Source of the DNA: Burkholderiales bacterium
GTDB taxonomy: Bacteria; Pseudomonadota; Gammaproteobacteria; Burkholderiales; SG8-39
Reading direction: 5' to 3'
Assembly (NCBI GenBank): GCA_035459025.1
Contig: DATHYT010000085.1
Span: 64,133 to 128,132 of the forward strand
Length of the DNA stretch: 64,000 nucleotides
Shown piece after piece: positions 27,673 through 36,257 of this stretch. Below the pieces are notes generated by a model that had not been told where the DNA came from, searched no databases, and worked only from the letters and a program-made list of their open reading frames with translations. Every line of letters starts with the position of its first letter. Within the stretch, counting starts at the first letter, position 1. The position numbers and the translations under genes were made by a program.

Positions 27673-29088
27673 ATGTCCGCGACTCTGGCGACGGTCTCTT
27701 ACATCGGCGCGACCATCCTGTTCATCCTCAGCCTCGGCGGCCTCTCGCACCCGGAGACCTCGCGGCGAGGCAACCTCTACGGCATCATCGGCATGGCGAT
27801 CGCCGTGCTGGCGACGGTGTTCGGGCCGCGCGTCACGCCCGCCGGCTACGCCTGGATCATCATCGCCATGCTGATCGGCGGCAGCGTCGGCCTGTACGCC
27901 TCGCGCATCGTGAGGATGACGCAGATGCCCGAGCTGGTGGCGCTGATGCACAGCCTGGTCGGCCTCGCTGCGGTGCTGGTGGGTTTCGCCAACTTCATCG
28001 ACCCGGCGGCCTCGGTGGGCTTCAGCGGCGCGGAGAAGACCATCCACGAGGTGGAGATCTACCTCGGGATCCTGATCGGCGCGGTGACCTTCTCGGGGTC
28101 GGTGATCGCGTTCGGCAAGCTCTCGGCCAAGATCAGCGGCAAGCCGATGCTGCTGCCCGGGCGCCACTGGCTGAATCTCGCGGGCCTCGCGGTGGTGCTC
28201 TGGTTCGGCTGGCGCTTCATCCAGGCGCACTCGATCGCCGACGGCATGCTGCCGCTGGTGGTGATGACCGTGATCGCGCTGCTGTTCGGCATCCACATGG
28301 TGATGGCGATCGGCGGCGCCGACATGCCGGTGGTGGTATCGATGCTGAACAGCTACTCCGGCTGGGCGGCCGCGGCCACGGGCTTCATGCTGTCCAACGA
28401 CCTGCTGATCGTCACCGGCGCCCTGGTCGGCTCTTCGGGGGCGATCCTGTCCTACATCATGTGCCGCGCGATGAACCGGCGCTTTTTGGCGGTGATCGCC
28501 GGCGGCTTCGGCACCGAGGGCGGGGCCGTGGCTGCCAAGGGCGGCGCGCAGCCCGCGGGCGAGGTCGCGCCGATCAGCGCGCCCGAGACCGCCGAGCTGC
28601 TGCGCGAGGCGAAGAACGTGATCATCGTCCCGGGCTACGGCATGGCGGTGGCGCAGGCGCAGCACACGGTCTACGAGATCACCCGGCACCTGCGCGAAAA
28701 GGGCGTCAACGTGCGCTTTGGCATCCACCCGGTGGCCGGGCGCATGCCGGGCCACATGAACGTCCTGCTCGCCGAGGCCAAGGTGCCCTACGACATCGTG
28801 CAGGAGATGGACGAGCTGAACGACGACTTTCCGCAGACCGACGTCGCCATGGTGATCGGCGCGAACGACATCGTGAATCCGGCCGCCCAGGAGGACCCCG
28901 CGAGCCCGATCGCCGGCATGCCCGTGCTCGAGGTTTGGAAGGCGAAGACCTCGGTGGTGATGAAGCGCAGCATGGCCTCGGGTTATGCCGGCGTGGATAA
29001 CCCGCTCTTCTACAAGGAGAACAACCGCATGCTGTTCGGCGACGCGAAGAAGATGCTCGACGAGGTTCTGGTTGCCCTGAAGGGCTGA
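27673..29088 (+). CDS. pntB: NAD(P) transhydrogenase subunit beta
   Basis: SD GGGAGA. A multi-TM N-terminus and a C-terminal NADP(H) domain ([13 protein letters not shown]). Confidence 0.95.
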   Translation: MSATLATVSYIGATILFILSLGGLSHPETSRRGNLYGIIGMAIAVLATVFGPRVTPAGYAWIIIAMLIGGSVGLYASRIVRMTQMPELVALMHSLVGLAAVLVGFANFIDPAASVGFSGAEKTIHEVEIYLGILIGAVTFSGSVIAFGKLSAKISGKPMLLPGRHWLNLAGLAVVLWFGWRFIQAHSIADGMLPLVVMTVIALLFGIHMVMAIGGADMPVVVSMLNSYSGWAAAATGFMLSNDLLIVTGALVGSSGAILSYIMCRAMNRRFLAVIAGGFGTEGGAVAAKGGAQPAGEVAPISAPETAELLREAKNVIIVPGYGMAVAQAQHTVYEITRHLREKGVNVRFGIHPVAGRMPGHMNVLLAEAKVPYDIVQEMDELNDDFPQTDVAMVIGANDIVNPAAQEDPASPIAGMPVLEVWKAKTSVVMKRSMASGYAGVDNPLFYKENNRMLFGDAKKMLDEVLVALKG

Positions 29089-29146
29089 TCGAAACTCCGG
29101 CCGCGGTCCGCAGTCAGACCGCGAATACCAACCCGGGAGAGACCCC

Positions 29147-29983
29147 TTGCAGCGCTCGCTCGTCGCCCGCCTGCGCGCCCTGACCGACCGGCTCGGCCGC
29201 CGCATGAGTGCGCCGACGCTGAAAATCGGCGTCTCGGCGCGCATCCTGCATCCACAGCGCGGCGCGCGCGGCCTGCAGTCGAAGACGCTGCAGTACCTCG
29301 AGCAGACCGCCGCGCACTGGCTCATGTCGCGCGACGTGCTGGTGCTGATGGTGCCCACCGTGGATACCGGCGGCATCCTCCACCGCAGCAGCATCCGCCT
29401 GTCAGACTACGCGCGCCACCTCGACGGCCTGATGCTGCAGGGCGGCGCCGACGTCAGCCCCTTGAGCTACGGCGAGGATCCGCTGTCGCGCGAGTGGGCG
29501 GGGGACCGTCTGCGCGACGAATACGAGATCGAGCTGCTGCACGAGTTCATCGAGGCGGGCAAGCCGGTGCTCGGCGTGTGCCGCGGCCTGCAGCTCATCA
29601 ACGTCGCCTACGGCGGCACGCTCTACCAGGACATCGTGCAGCAGGTGCCCAAGGCGCGGCGCCACGTTACCGAGGACTACGAGAAGAATCTGCACGAGGT
29701 GCATTTCGAGCCGGCGGGGGCGCTCGCCCGCCTGTACCCGGGCGTCGAGCGCGCGCGCGTCAACTCTATCCACCACCAGTCCGTGAAGACCCTGGGCCGC
29801 AACCTGCGCGTCGAGGCCTGGTCCGAATCCGACCGCGTCGTCGAGGCGATCCGCGGCACCGGCGCGAGCTACGTGCTCGGCGTGCAATGGCACCCCGAGT
29901 TCCATCCCCCGGGCGACCAGAGCGTGCTCGACAGCGCGCCGATCCTCGACGAATTCCTGCGCGCGGCGCAGCGCGCGGCCTGA
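29147..29983 (+). CDS. Class-I glutamine amidotransferase-like / peptidase C26 gamma-glutamyl hydrolase family protein
   Basis: The nucleophile context is LGVCRGLQLIN and the His context is GVQWHPEF. The TTG at 29147 has GGGAGAG 5 nt upstream. The alternative ATG at 29204 has no SD. Confidence 0.85.
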   Translation: MQRSLVARLRALTDRLGRRMSAPTLKIGVSARILHPQRGARGLQSKTLQYLEQTAAHWLMSRDVLVLMVPTVDTGGILHRSSIRLSDYARHLDGLMLQGGADVSPLSYGEDPLSREWAGDRLRDEYEIELLHEFIEAGKPVLGVCRGLQLINVAYGGTLYQDIVQQVPKARRHVTEDYEKNLHEVHFEPAGALARLYPGVERARVNSIHHQSVKTLGRNLRVEAWSESDRVVEAIRGTGASYVLGVQWHPEFHPPGDQSVLDSAPILDEFLRAAQRAA

Positions 29984-29988
29984 GCCCG

Positions 29989-31200
29989 ATGGGCCTCGGC
30001 TTTCTGCCCGAACTGCCGCCCGCCTTCGGCCAGCCGGCGCTGTTTGGCGCGCTGCTGCTCGCCGGGCTGCTGGGCGGCGAGCTGGCGCGGCGGCTGCTCG
30101 GGCTGCCGCGCATCACGGGGTACGTGCTCGCCGGGGTGCTGCTCGGACCCCAGGCCTCGGGGCTGCTCGCCCCCGGCGCGCTCGGCGAGGCGCGCGTGCT
30201 GATCGACCTCTCGCTCGGGCTGATCGTGTTCGAGCTCGGCCACCGCCTCGACGTGCAGTGGTTGCACCGCAACCGTTGGCTGTTCGTCGCCGCTATCGCC
30301 GAGAGCGCATTCTGCTTCGGCGCGGTGCTCGGGACGCTCCTCGCCTTCGGTTTCCAGCCGCTGCTCGCGGCATCCGCCGCGGCCATCGGCACCGCGACGT
30401 CGCCCGCGGTGGTGCTGCTGGTGGCGCACGAGCTGCGCGCCTCGGGCCAGGTGACCGAGAGGATGCTCCTGTTCACCGCCGTGAATTGCGTGCTCGCCTA
30501 CATCGCGCTGACGCTGCTGCTGCCGTTCCTGCATCTCGAGCACGCGGTAAGCTGGCGCGAAGCCGTGCTGCACCCCCTCTACATCCTCGGCGGCTCGGCG
30601 CTGGTCGGCTCCCTTGCCAGCCTGTCGCTGCTGTGGCTCGCCGGCTGGGTCGGCAAGCGCGAGGACCGCCAGTTCATCCTGCTCATCGCGCTGGTGGTGC
30701 TGGCGGTGGGCGCCGCGCGCAGCCTCAACCTGTCGGTGGTGGTGACCCTCATCATCCTCGGCATGCTGGCGCGCAACTTCGACTACGAGCAGGTGCTGCT
30801 GCCGCTGCGCTTCGGCTACGGCGGGCAGCTGTTCTTCGTCATCCTGTTCGTGCTGACCGGCGCCAGCGTCGAGTTCACGGCGCTGCCGGGCGTGGCCGCG
30901 GCCGTGCTCGCCTTCATCGTCGCGCGCTTTGCCGGCAAGGGCCTCGCCATCCTCGTCTTCGGGCGGCTCTCGGGGGTGGGTCCGCGCAGCGCCGGGCTGC
31001 TCTCGCTTGCGCTGCTGCCGATGTCGGGTCTGGCCGTGGTGATGGTGCTGGACACGCAGGCCCTGTACCCGGCGTTCGGCGGCGAACTGGCGGCGGTGGT
31101 GCTCACGGCGGTGGCGGTGCTCGAGATCCTCGGGCCCATCGCCACCCAGTTCGCGCTGCGCCGCGCCGGCGAGGCCGACCCGGCGGCCGGCAGCGCCTGA
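29989..31200 (+). CDS. Cation:proton antiporter, CPA2/Kef-type membrane domain without a KTN/RCK domain
   Basis: ATG at 29989, 5 nt after the previous stop. 403 aa, entirely multi-TM (GYVLAGVLLGP...). There is no soluble C-terminal domain. Confidence 0.85.
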   Translation: MGLGFLPELPPAFGQPALFGALLLAGLLGGELARRLLGLPRITGYVLAGVLLGPQASGLLAPGALGEARVLIDLSLGLIVFELGHRLDVQWLHRNRWLFVAAIAESAFCFGAVLGTLLAFGFQPLLAASAAAIGTATSPAVVLLVAHELRASGQVTERMLLFTAVNCVLAYIALTLLLPFLHLEHAVSWREAVLHPLYILGGSALVGSLASLSLLWLAGWVGKREDRQFILLIALVVLAVGAARSLNLSVVVTLIILGMLARNFDYEQVLLPLRFGYGGQLFFVILFVLTGASVEFTALPGVAAAVLAFIVARFAGKGLAILVFGRLSGVGPRSAGLLSLALLPMSGLAVVMVLDTQALYPAFGGELAAVVLTAVAVLEILGPIATQFALRRAGEADPAAGSA

Positions 31201-31208
31201 GGGCCGAC

Positions 31209-32345
31209 GTGGACGAGACCGATTTCAAGGCCTCGCCGGAGCTCACCTTCGGCGTCGAGCTCGAGTTGCAGCTGGTGCAGCCGCACGACCTTGACCTGGC
31301 GCGCGACGCCGGCGAGCTGCTGGCGCGACTCGAGAAGCTGAAGCTCCCCGGGGCGGTGAAGCCCGAGATCACCGAGAGCATGATCGAGCTGAACACCTCG
31401 ATCCACCGCAGCTATCCCAGCCTGGCCGCGGAGCTCGACGCCATGCGCGATGCGGTGGTGAAGGAAGCCGGCATGCTGAATCTTCGCGTGTGCGGCGGCG
31501 GCTCTCACCCGTTCCACAGCTGGAGCGAGCGGCGCGTGTTCCCCACCGAGCGCTTCCGCCACATCCTCGAGCGCTACGGCTACCTCGCCAAGCAGTTCAC
31601 CGTGTTCGGCCAGCACATCCACGTCGGCTGCGCGAGCGGCGACGACGCGGTGTACCTGGTGCACATGATGACGCGCTATGTGCCGCATTTCATCGCCCTG
31701 TCGGCCGCTTCGCCCTTCTACCAGGGCGAAGACACGTCGTTCCAGTCCTCGCGTCTCACCGCGATTAACGCCTTCCCGCTGGCCGGGCATATGCCGTTTG
31801 TCGATGACTGGGCGGAGTTCCGCGTGTACTTCGAGAAGTTGCGCGCGCTCGGCGTGGTGGAGAGCATGAAGGACTTCTACTGGGACATCCGCCCCAAGCC
31901 CGAGTACGGCACCGTCGAGATCCGCGTCTGCGACACGCCGCTCAGCGTGGCGCGCGCGGCGCAGCTCGCCGCCTACGCGCAAGCGCTCGCCAAGTGGCTT
32001 CTCGAGCAGCGCCCGCGACAGCCCAAGCGCGCCGTGTACCTGGTGAACGCCTTCAACCGCTTCGAGGCGGCGCGCTTCGGGCTGCGCGGCCAGCTCATCG
32101 ACCCGTACGAGGAAGTGAAGCGCCCGCTCGCCGAGGACATCCTTGACGCGCTGGCGGGCGTCATGCCGCAGGCGGCTGCACTGGAAAGCGCCGACGCGCT
32201 GTCGGCGCTCGCCGCCGACGTGCGCCGCGGCTATTCGGACGCCGGCTGGCTGCGCGAGCGCTTCGCCGCCAACCAGTCGCTCGCGCACACGGTGCGCGAA
32301 TCCACGGCGCGCTGGGCGGGCGACAAGCCGCGCGCCAGCGGCTAG
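31209..32345 (+). CDS. ybdK: Carboxylate-amine ligase YbdK (glutamate-cysteine ligase family 2)
   Basis: GTG at 31209. Family motifs present: FGVELELQLV, EITESMIELNT, FGQHIHVG, YWDIRPKPEYGTVEIRVCD. Confidence 0.88.
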   Translation: MDETDFKASPELTFGVELELQLVQPHDLDLARDAGELLARLEKLKLPGAVKPEITESMIELNTSIHRSYPSLAAELDAMRDAVVKEAGMLNLRVCGGGSHPFHSWSERRVFPTERFRHILERYGYLAKQFTVFGQHIHVGCASGDDAVYLVHMMTRYVPHFIALSAASPFYQGEDTSFQSSRLTAINAFPLAGHMPFVDDWAEFRVYFEKLRALGVVESMKDFYWDIRPKPEYGTVEIRVCDTPLSVARAAQLAAYAQALAKWLLEQRPRQPKRAVYLVNAFNRFEAARFGLRGQLIDPYEEVKRPLAEDILDALAGVMPQAAALESADALSALAADVRRGYSDAGWLRERFAANQSLAHTVRESTARWAGDKPRASG

Positions 32346-32348
32346 AAT
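32343..32348 (+). promoter_or_regulatory. TAGAAT box overlapping the ybdK stop codon, 23 nt upstream of mrpE
   Basis: Sequence gcTAGAATcgcgcgctgcggcgcacgcacccATG. The TAG of the box is the ybdK stop. Confidence 0.3.
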
Positions 32349-32371
32349 CGCGCGCTGCGGCGCACGCACCC

Positions 32372-32848
32372 ATGCTCCACTTCGCGATACTTTTCGTCCT
32401 GTTCTACGCGTTCTGGATCCTGATGTCGGGATTCTTCACGCCGTTCCTGCTCGCGGCGGGCGCGGCGACCAGTCTGGCCGTGGTGTGGTTCGCGCACCGC
32501 ATGGACCTGGCGGACCGCGAAGGCCATCCCGTGCACCTCCTGTGGTCGGCGCTCACGTACTGGCCGTGGCTCGTGCGCGAGATCCTGAAATCCGCGCTCG
32601 ACGTCTCGAAGGTGATTCTCGACCCGCAGCTGCCGGCCTCGCCGACGGTGGTGCAGTTCAAGCCGCGGCAGAAGACCGTGGTCGGCCTGGTGACCCACGC
32701 CAACTCCATCACCCTGACCCCGGGCACGCTGTCCGTCGAGGTGGGGCCCGATCGCTTCCTGGTGCACGGGCTCACGCGCGAGAGCGCCAACGCGGCGGTC
32801 GACAGCGACATGGACCGGCGCGTCGAGCGCTTCGAGCGCAGGCCATGA
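32372..32848 (+). CDS. Mrp/Mnh-type cation:proton antiporter subunit E
   Basis: 158 aa and MnhE-like (FYAFWILMSG..., ANSITLTPGTLSV). Confidence 0.85.
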   Translation: MLHFAILFVLFYAFWILMSGFFTPFLLAAGAATSLAVVWFAHRMDLADREGHPVHLLWSALTYWPWLVREILKSALDVSKVILDPQLPASPTVVQFKPRQKTVVGLVTHANSITLTPGTLSVEVGPDRFLVHGLTRESANAAVDSDMDRRVERFERRP

Positions 32849-33129
32849 TGTTCGCCGCCGCGGCGCTCGCGCTGCTCGTCGCGCTCGCCCTGGCGCTCGC
32901 GCGCGCGATCGCGGGCCCGACGGTGTTCGACCGCGCGCTTGCCGCCAATTCCATCGGCACGCTCGCCATGATGATCCTGGCGGTGTTCGGTTTCCTCACC
33001 GGGCGCCCCGAGTTCCTCGATCTCGCCATCCTCTACGGACTGCTCAACGTCATCGGCACGATCGCCGTGCTCAAGTTCTTCCGCTACGGCGATCTCGGCG
33101 ACCCGGGCAGGCCGGAGGAAGAGCGGTGA
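32845..33129 (+). CDS. Mrp/Mnh-type antiporter subunit F
   Basis: The ATG at 32845 overlaps the E stop (ATGA). 94 aa, 3 TM, MrpF/PhaF-like (DRALAANSIGT). Confidence 0.85.
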   Translation: MMFAAAALALLVALALALARAIAGPTVFDRALAANSIGTLAMMILAVFGFLTGRPEFLDLAILYGLLNVIGTIAVLKFFRYGDLGDPGRPEEER

Positions 33130-33458
33130 ACGTGCTGCTCGAAGCCCTGTCCTGGGCGCTGCTCGCCGCCGGCGGCGCGTTCTGCGTCATCGGCGCGCTC
33201 GGCTTGGTGCGCCTGCACAGCTTCTTTCCGCGCACCCACGCCGCGAGCGTCATCGACTCGGCGGGCGCCGGGCTGCTGCTCGCCGGCATGCTGCTGCAGG
33301 CGGGCTGGACGCTGGTGGCGGTGAAGCTCCTGGTGATCGGGCTGCTCATCTTCTTTGCTTCGCCCACCGCGACGCACGCGCTTGCCAACGCCGCGCGCGA
33401 GCGCGGGGTGGCATACGACGAGATGACCGAGGAGGGGGAGGCGCCATCGAAGCCCTGA
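33126..33458 (+). CDS. Mrp/Mnh-type antiporter subunit G
   Basis: The GTG at 33126 overlaps the F stop (GTGA). 110 aa, MnhG/PhaG-like (GALGLVRLHSFFPRTHAAS). Confidence 0.85.
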   Translation: MNVLLEALSWALLAAGGAFCVIGALGLVRLHSFFPRTHAASVIDSAGAGLLLAGMLLQAGWTLVAVKLLVIGLLIFFASPTATHALANAARERGVAYDEMTEEGEAPSKP

Positions 33459-33478
33459 TCATCCAGGCGCTGCTCACG

Positions 33479-33988
33479 ATGATGGCGGCGACGGTCATCG
33501 CCATCATCGCGCAGAGGAACCTGTTCTCGGTGGTGGTGCTCGCCGGCGTCTACAGCTTCCTCATGGCGACGGTGCTGGTGGCGCTCGATGCGGTGGACGT
33601 CGCCATGACCGAGGCGTCGGTGGGCGCCGGCATCTCGACGGTGCTGCTGCTCGGCGCGCTGTATTTGTGCGGCGGCGAGGAGGCCAAGCCGATGGCGCGG
33701 CCGTGGCTGCCGCTCGCGGTGACGCTGGTGATCGTCGGCGCGCTGGTGTACGGCACCCTCGGCCTGCCGGCTTTCTCCGATCCCATGGCGCCGATCCATA
33801 CGCACGTCGTGCCGCGCTACCTGGGCCAGGCGCTCGCCGAAACGGGCGTTCCCAACGTGGTGACCGCCGTGCTCGCGAGCTACCGCGGCTACGACACGCT
33901 CGGCGAAACGGTGGTGGTGTTCACGGCGGGCATAGGCGTGATCGCGCTGCTGCGCCGCGCGCGCCGCGGCAAGGAGAAGGGCAAGTGA
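33479..33988 (+). CDS. DUF4040/MbhD-like membrane protein (equivalent of the MrpA C-terminal domain)
   Basis: 169 aa with the region VALDAVDVAMTEASVGAGISTVLLL, typical of MbhD/MnhB-N. The true start may lie upstream, because the in-frame IEALIIQALLT also looks like part of the domain but has no canonical start codon. Confidence 0.75.
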   Translation: MMAATVIAIIAQRNLFSVVVLAGVYSFLMATVLVALDAVDVAMTEASVGAGISTVLLLGALYLCGGEEAKPMARPWLPLAVTLVIVGALVYGTLGLPAFSDPMAPIHTHVVPRYLGQALAETGVPNVVTAVLASYRGYDTLGETVVVFTAGIGVIALLRRARRGKEKGK

Positions 33989-34407
33989 GGCGCGAGCCCG
34001 TCCTGCGCGTGGTGGGCAAGCTGCTCATTCCGTACATGCTGGTGTTCGCCCTGTACGTGCAGTTCCATGGCGATTTCGGCCCGGGCGGCGGCTTCCAGGC
34101 GGGAGTGATCACGGCGGCGTCGATCATCTTCTACGCGCTCATCTTCGGTCTGCCGGCCGCGCGGCGCGCAGTACCCGAGGCCCTGGTCGAAGCCATGGTG
34201 GCGCTCGGCGCGTTCCTGTACGTGGCGGTCGGCTTTGCCGGGCTCGCGCTCGGCGGCAACTACCTGGATTACTTCGTGCTCCACCCCAACCCGGTAGAAG
34301 GCCAGCATCGCGGCATCTTCTGGGTCGAGGTCGGCGTGCTGGTCACGGTGTCGGGCGTGATGCTGAAGATCTTCTACGTGTTCGCCGGGCGCGGCCGCGA
34401 GAGCTGA
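33985..34407 (+). CDS. Mrp/Mnh-type antiporter subunit B
   Basis: The GTG at 33985 overlaps the previous stop (GTGA). 140 aa, MnhB-like (LYVQFHGDFGPGGGFQAG). Confidence 0.85.
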   Translation: MRREPVLRVVGKLLIPYMLVFALYVQFHGDFGPGGGFQAGVITAASIIFYALIFGLPAARRAVPEALVEAMVALGAFLYVAVGFAGLALGGNYLDYFVLHPNPVEGQHRGIFWVEVGVLVTVSGVMLKIFYVFAGRGRES

Positions 34408-34410
34408 AGT

Positions 34411-34779
34411 ATGTCGGCGTTCGCGAGTCACTATACCTACTGGGTCACCGTGCTGCTGATGGCCGCGGGCCTGTACATCATGATCGCGCGCGGCAACCTG
34501 GTGAAGAAGCTCATCGGGCTGTCGATCTTCCAGACCTCGGTGTACCTGCTGTACATCGCGCCCGGCAAGCTGATCGGCGGCACCGCGCCCATCCTGTCCC
34601 AGGCCTACAAGGTGTATTCGAACCCGCTGCCGCACGTGCTGATCCTCACCGCGATCGTGGTGGGGATCGCGACGCTCGCGCTCGGCCTCGCCATCGTGGT
34701 GCGCATCCGCGAGGCCTACGGCAGCATCGAGGAAGACGAGATCGTCGCCGCGGACGCGAAGCGCGGGGACGGCGAGTGA
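34411..34779 (+). CDS. Mrp/Mnh-type antiporter subunit C (NuoK-like)
   Basis: 122 aa with the motif GNLVKKLIGLSIFQTSVYLLYI. Confidence 0.9.
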   Translation: MSAFASHYTYWVTVLLMAAGLYIMIARGNLVKKLIGLSIFQTSVYLLYIAPGKLIGGTAPILSQAYKVYSNPLPHVLILTAIVVGIATLALGLAIVVRIREAYGSIEEDEIVAADAKRGDGE

Positions 34780-36257
34780 TCTCCGAGCACCTGCCGGCGC
34801 TGCAGGTGGTCGTGCCGCTCGCCGCGGCGCCGCTCATCGTGCTGCTGCGCCATCCGGGCATCGCCTGGGCGATCGCCGTGGCGGCGAGCGTGTTCGCGTT
34901 CGGCGCGAGCCTCGGGCTCGCTGCGGAGGTGGCGCGCAGCGGCGTCATCTCCTACGCCATGGGCAGCTGGCCGCCGCCCTGGGGCATCGAGTACCGCGTC
35001 GACGCGCTGTCGGCGTTCGTGCTGGTACTGGTATCGGCGATCGGCGCGCTGGTCGCGCCCTACGCCCTGCGCAGCGTGGCCGCGGAGGTACCGCGCGAGC
35101 AGCGCTACCTGTATTACGCGGTGCACTGCCTGTGCCTCGCGGGCCTGCTCGGCATGACGATCACCGGCGACGCCTTCAACGTGTTCGTGTTCATGGAGAT
35201 CGCCTCGCTCGCGATGTACGTGCTGATCGCGCTGGGGCGCGACCGGCGCGCGCTGCTCGCCTCGTACCAGTACCTGATCCTCGGCACCATCGGCGCCACG
35301 TTCTACGTGATTGGCGTCGGGCTGCTCTACCTCGTCACCGGCACGCTCAACATCGCCGACATGGCCGAGCGCCTGCCGCAGGCCGGCGCGGCGCGGCCGG
35401 TGCTGGCCGCGCTCGCGTTCATCACCGTCGGGCTGTCGCTCAAGCTCGCGCTGTTCCCCTTGCACCTCTGGCTCCCGAACGCCTATGCCTACGCGCCCTC
35501 CGCGGCCACCGCGCTCCTCGCCGCGACCGCCACCAAGGTCTCGGTGTACGTCCTGCTGCGCTATTACTTTTCGGTGTTCGGCGCCGGGCTGGTGGTCGAG
35601 TCCCTGCCGGTGCCGGAGATTTTGATCGGCCTGTCGATCGCCGCCATCGTCACCGCGTCGCTCGTCGCGCTGTGGCAGGCGGACTTCAAGCGCCTGCTCG
35701 CCTACTCGAGCGTGGCGCAGATCGGGTACATCACGCTCGGCATCGGTCTCGCGACGCGCGACGGGCTGACCGCGGCGGTGGTGCACCTGTTCAACCACGG
35801 CATTACCAAAGGGGCCCTGTTCCTGCTCGTCGGCGGCATCGCGCTGCGCGCGGGTGGCGTGAATTTCGCGCGCCTGCAGGGCCTCGCGCGCGCGATGCCG
35901 CTCACCTGCCTCGGCGTGACGCTTGCCGGGCTGTCGCTCATCGGCGTGCCGGGCACGGCCGGGTTCATCAGCAAGTGGTATCTCGTGCTCGGCGCCATTG
36001 AGGCCGGGCACTGGTGGCTCGCGGGGCTGGTGGTACTCACCTCGCTGATCGCCGTGGCCTACGTCTGGCGCTTCGTCGAGGCCGCTTACCTCAGCGAGCC
36101 GGCCGCGGGCACGGCGCGCATCGCGGAGGCGCCGCTGCCGATGCTGGCGATTTCCTGGGTGCTGGTCGGTGCCTGCGTCTGGTTCGGCTTCGACACGTCC
36201 TTTACGGTCGAGGGCGCGCGCCGCGCGGCACTGCTCATGCTGGGCGGCACGCCGTGA
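34776..36257 (+). CDS. Antiporter-like subunit, MrpD/NuoM-N type (paralogue 1)
   Basis: The GTG at 34776 overlaps the C stop. 493 aa. Proton_antipo_M-type core with LHLWLPNAYAYAPSAATALLAATATKVSVY. Confidence 0.9.
   Translation: MISEHLPALQVVVPLAAAPLIVLLRHPGIAWAIAVAASVFAFGASLGLAAEVARSGVISYAMGSWPPPWGIEYRVDALSAFVLVLVSAIGALVAPYALRSVAAEVPREQRYLYYAVHCLCLAGLLGMTITGDAFNVFVFMEIASLAMYVLIALGRDRRALLASYQYLILGTIGATFYVIGVGLLYLVTGTLNIADMAERLPQAGAARPVLAALAFITVGLSLKLALFPLHLWLPNAYAYAPSAATALLAATATKVSVYVLLRYYFSVFGAGLVVESLPVPEILIGLSIAAIVTASLVALWQADFKRLLAYSSVAQIGYITLGIGLATRDGLTAAVVHLFNHGITKGALFLLVGGIALRAGGVNFARLQGLARAMPLTCLGVTLAGLSLIGVPGTAGFISKWYLVLGAIEAGHWWLAGLVVLTSLIAVAYVWRFVEAAYLSEPAAGTARIAEAPLPMLAISWVLVGACVWFGFDTSFTVEGARRAALLMLGGTP

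Noticed and set aside
26056-29394. A 1112-aa ORF on the minus strand. Other very long ORFs are similar: 70..1215+, 16326..18278-, 24012..25655-, 36086..37666-, 37915..39657-, 61393..63657-, 13767..15221-.
   Set aside because: These lie antisense to, or out of frame with, genes that have unambiguous family motifs (pntAB, clpA, glcF, ABC, mrp, ftsK, glcD). Their translations are Arg/Ala/Gly/Pro-rich low-complexity strings with no motifs. They are typical stop-poor shadow frames of 70% GC DNA.
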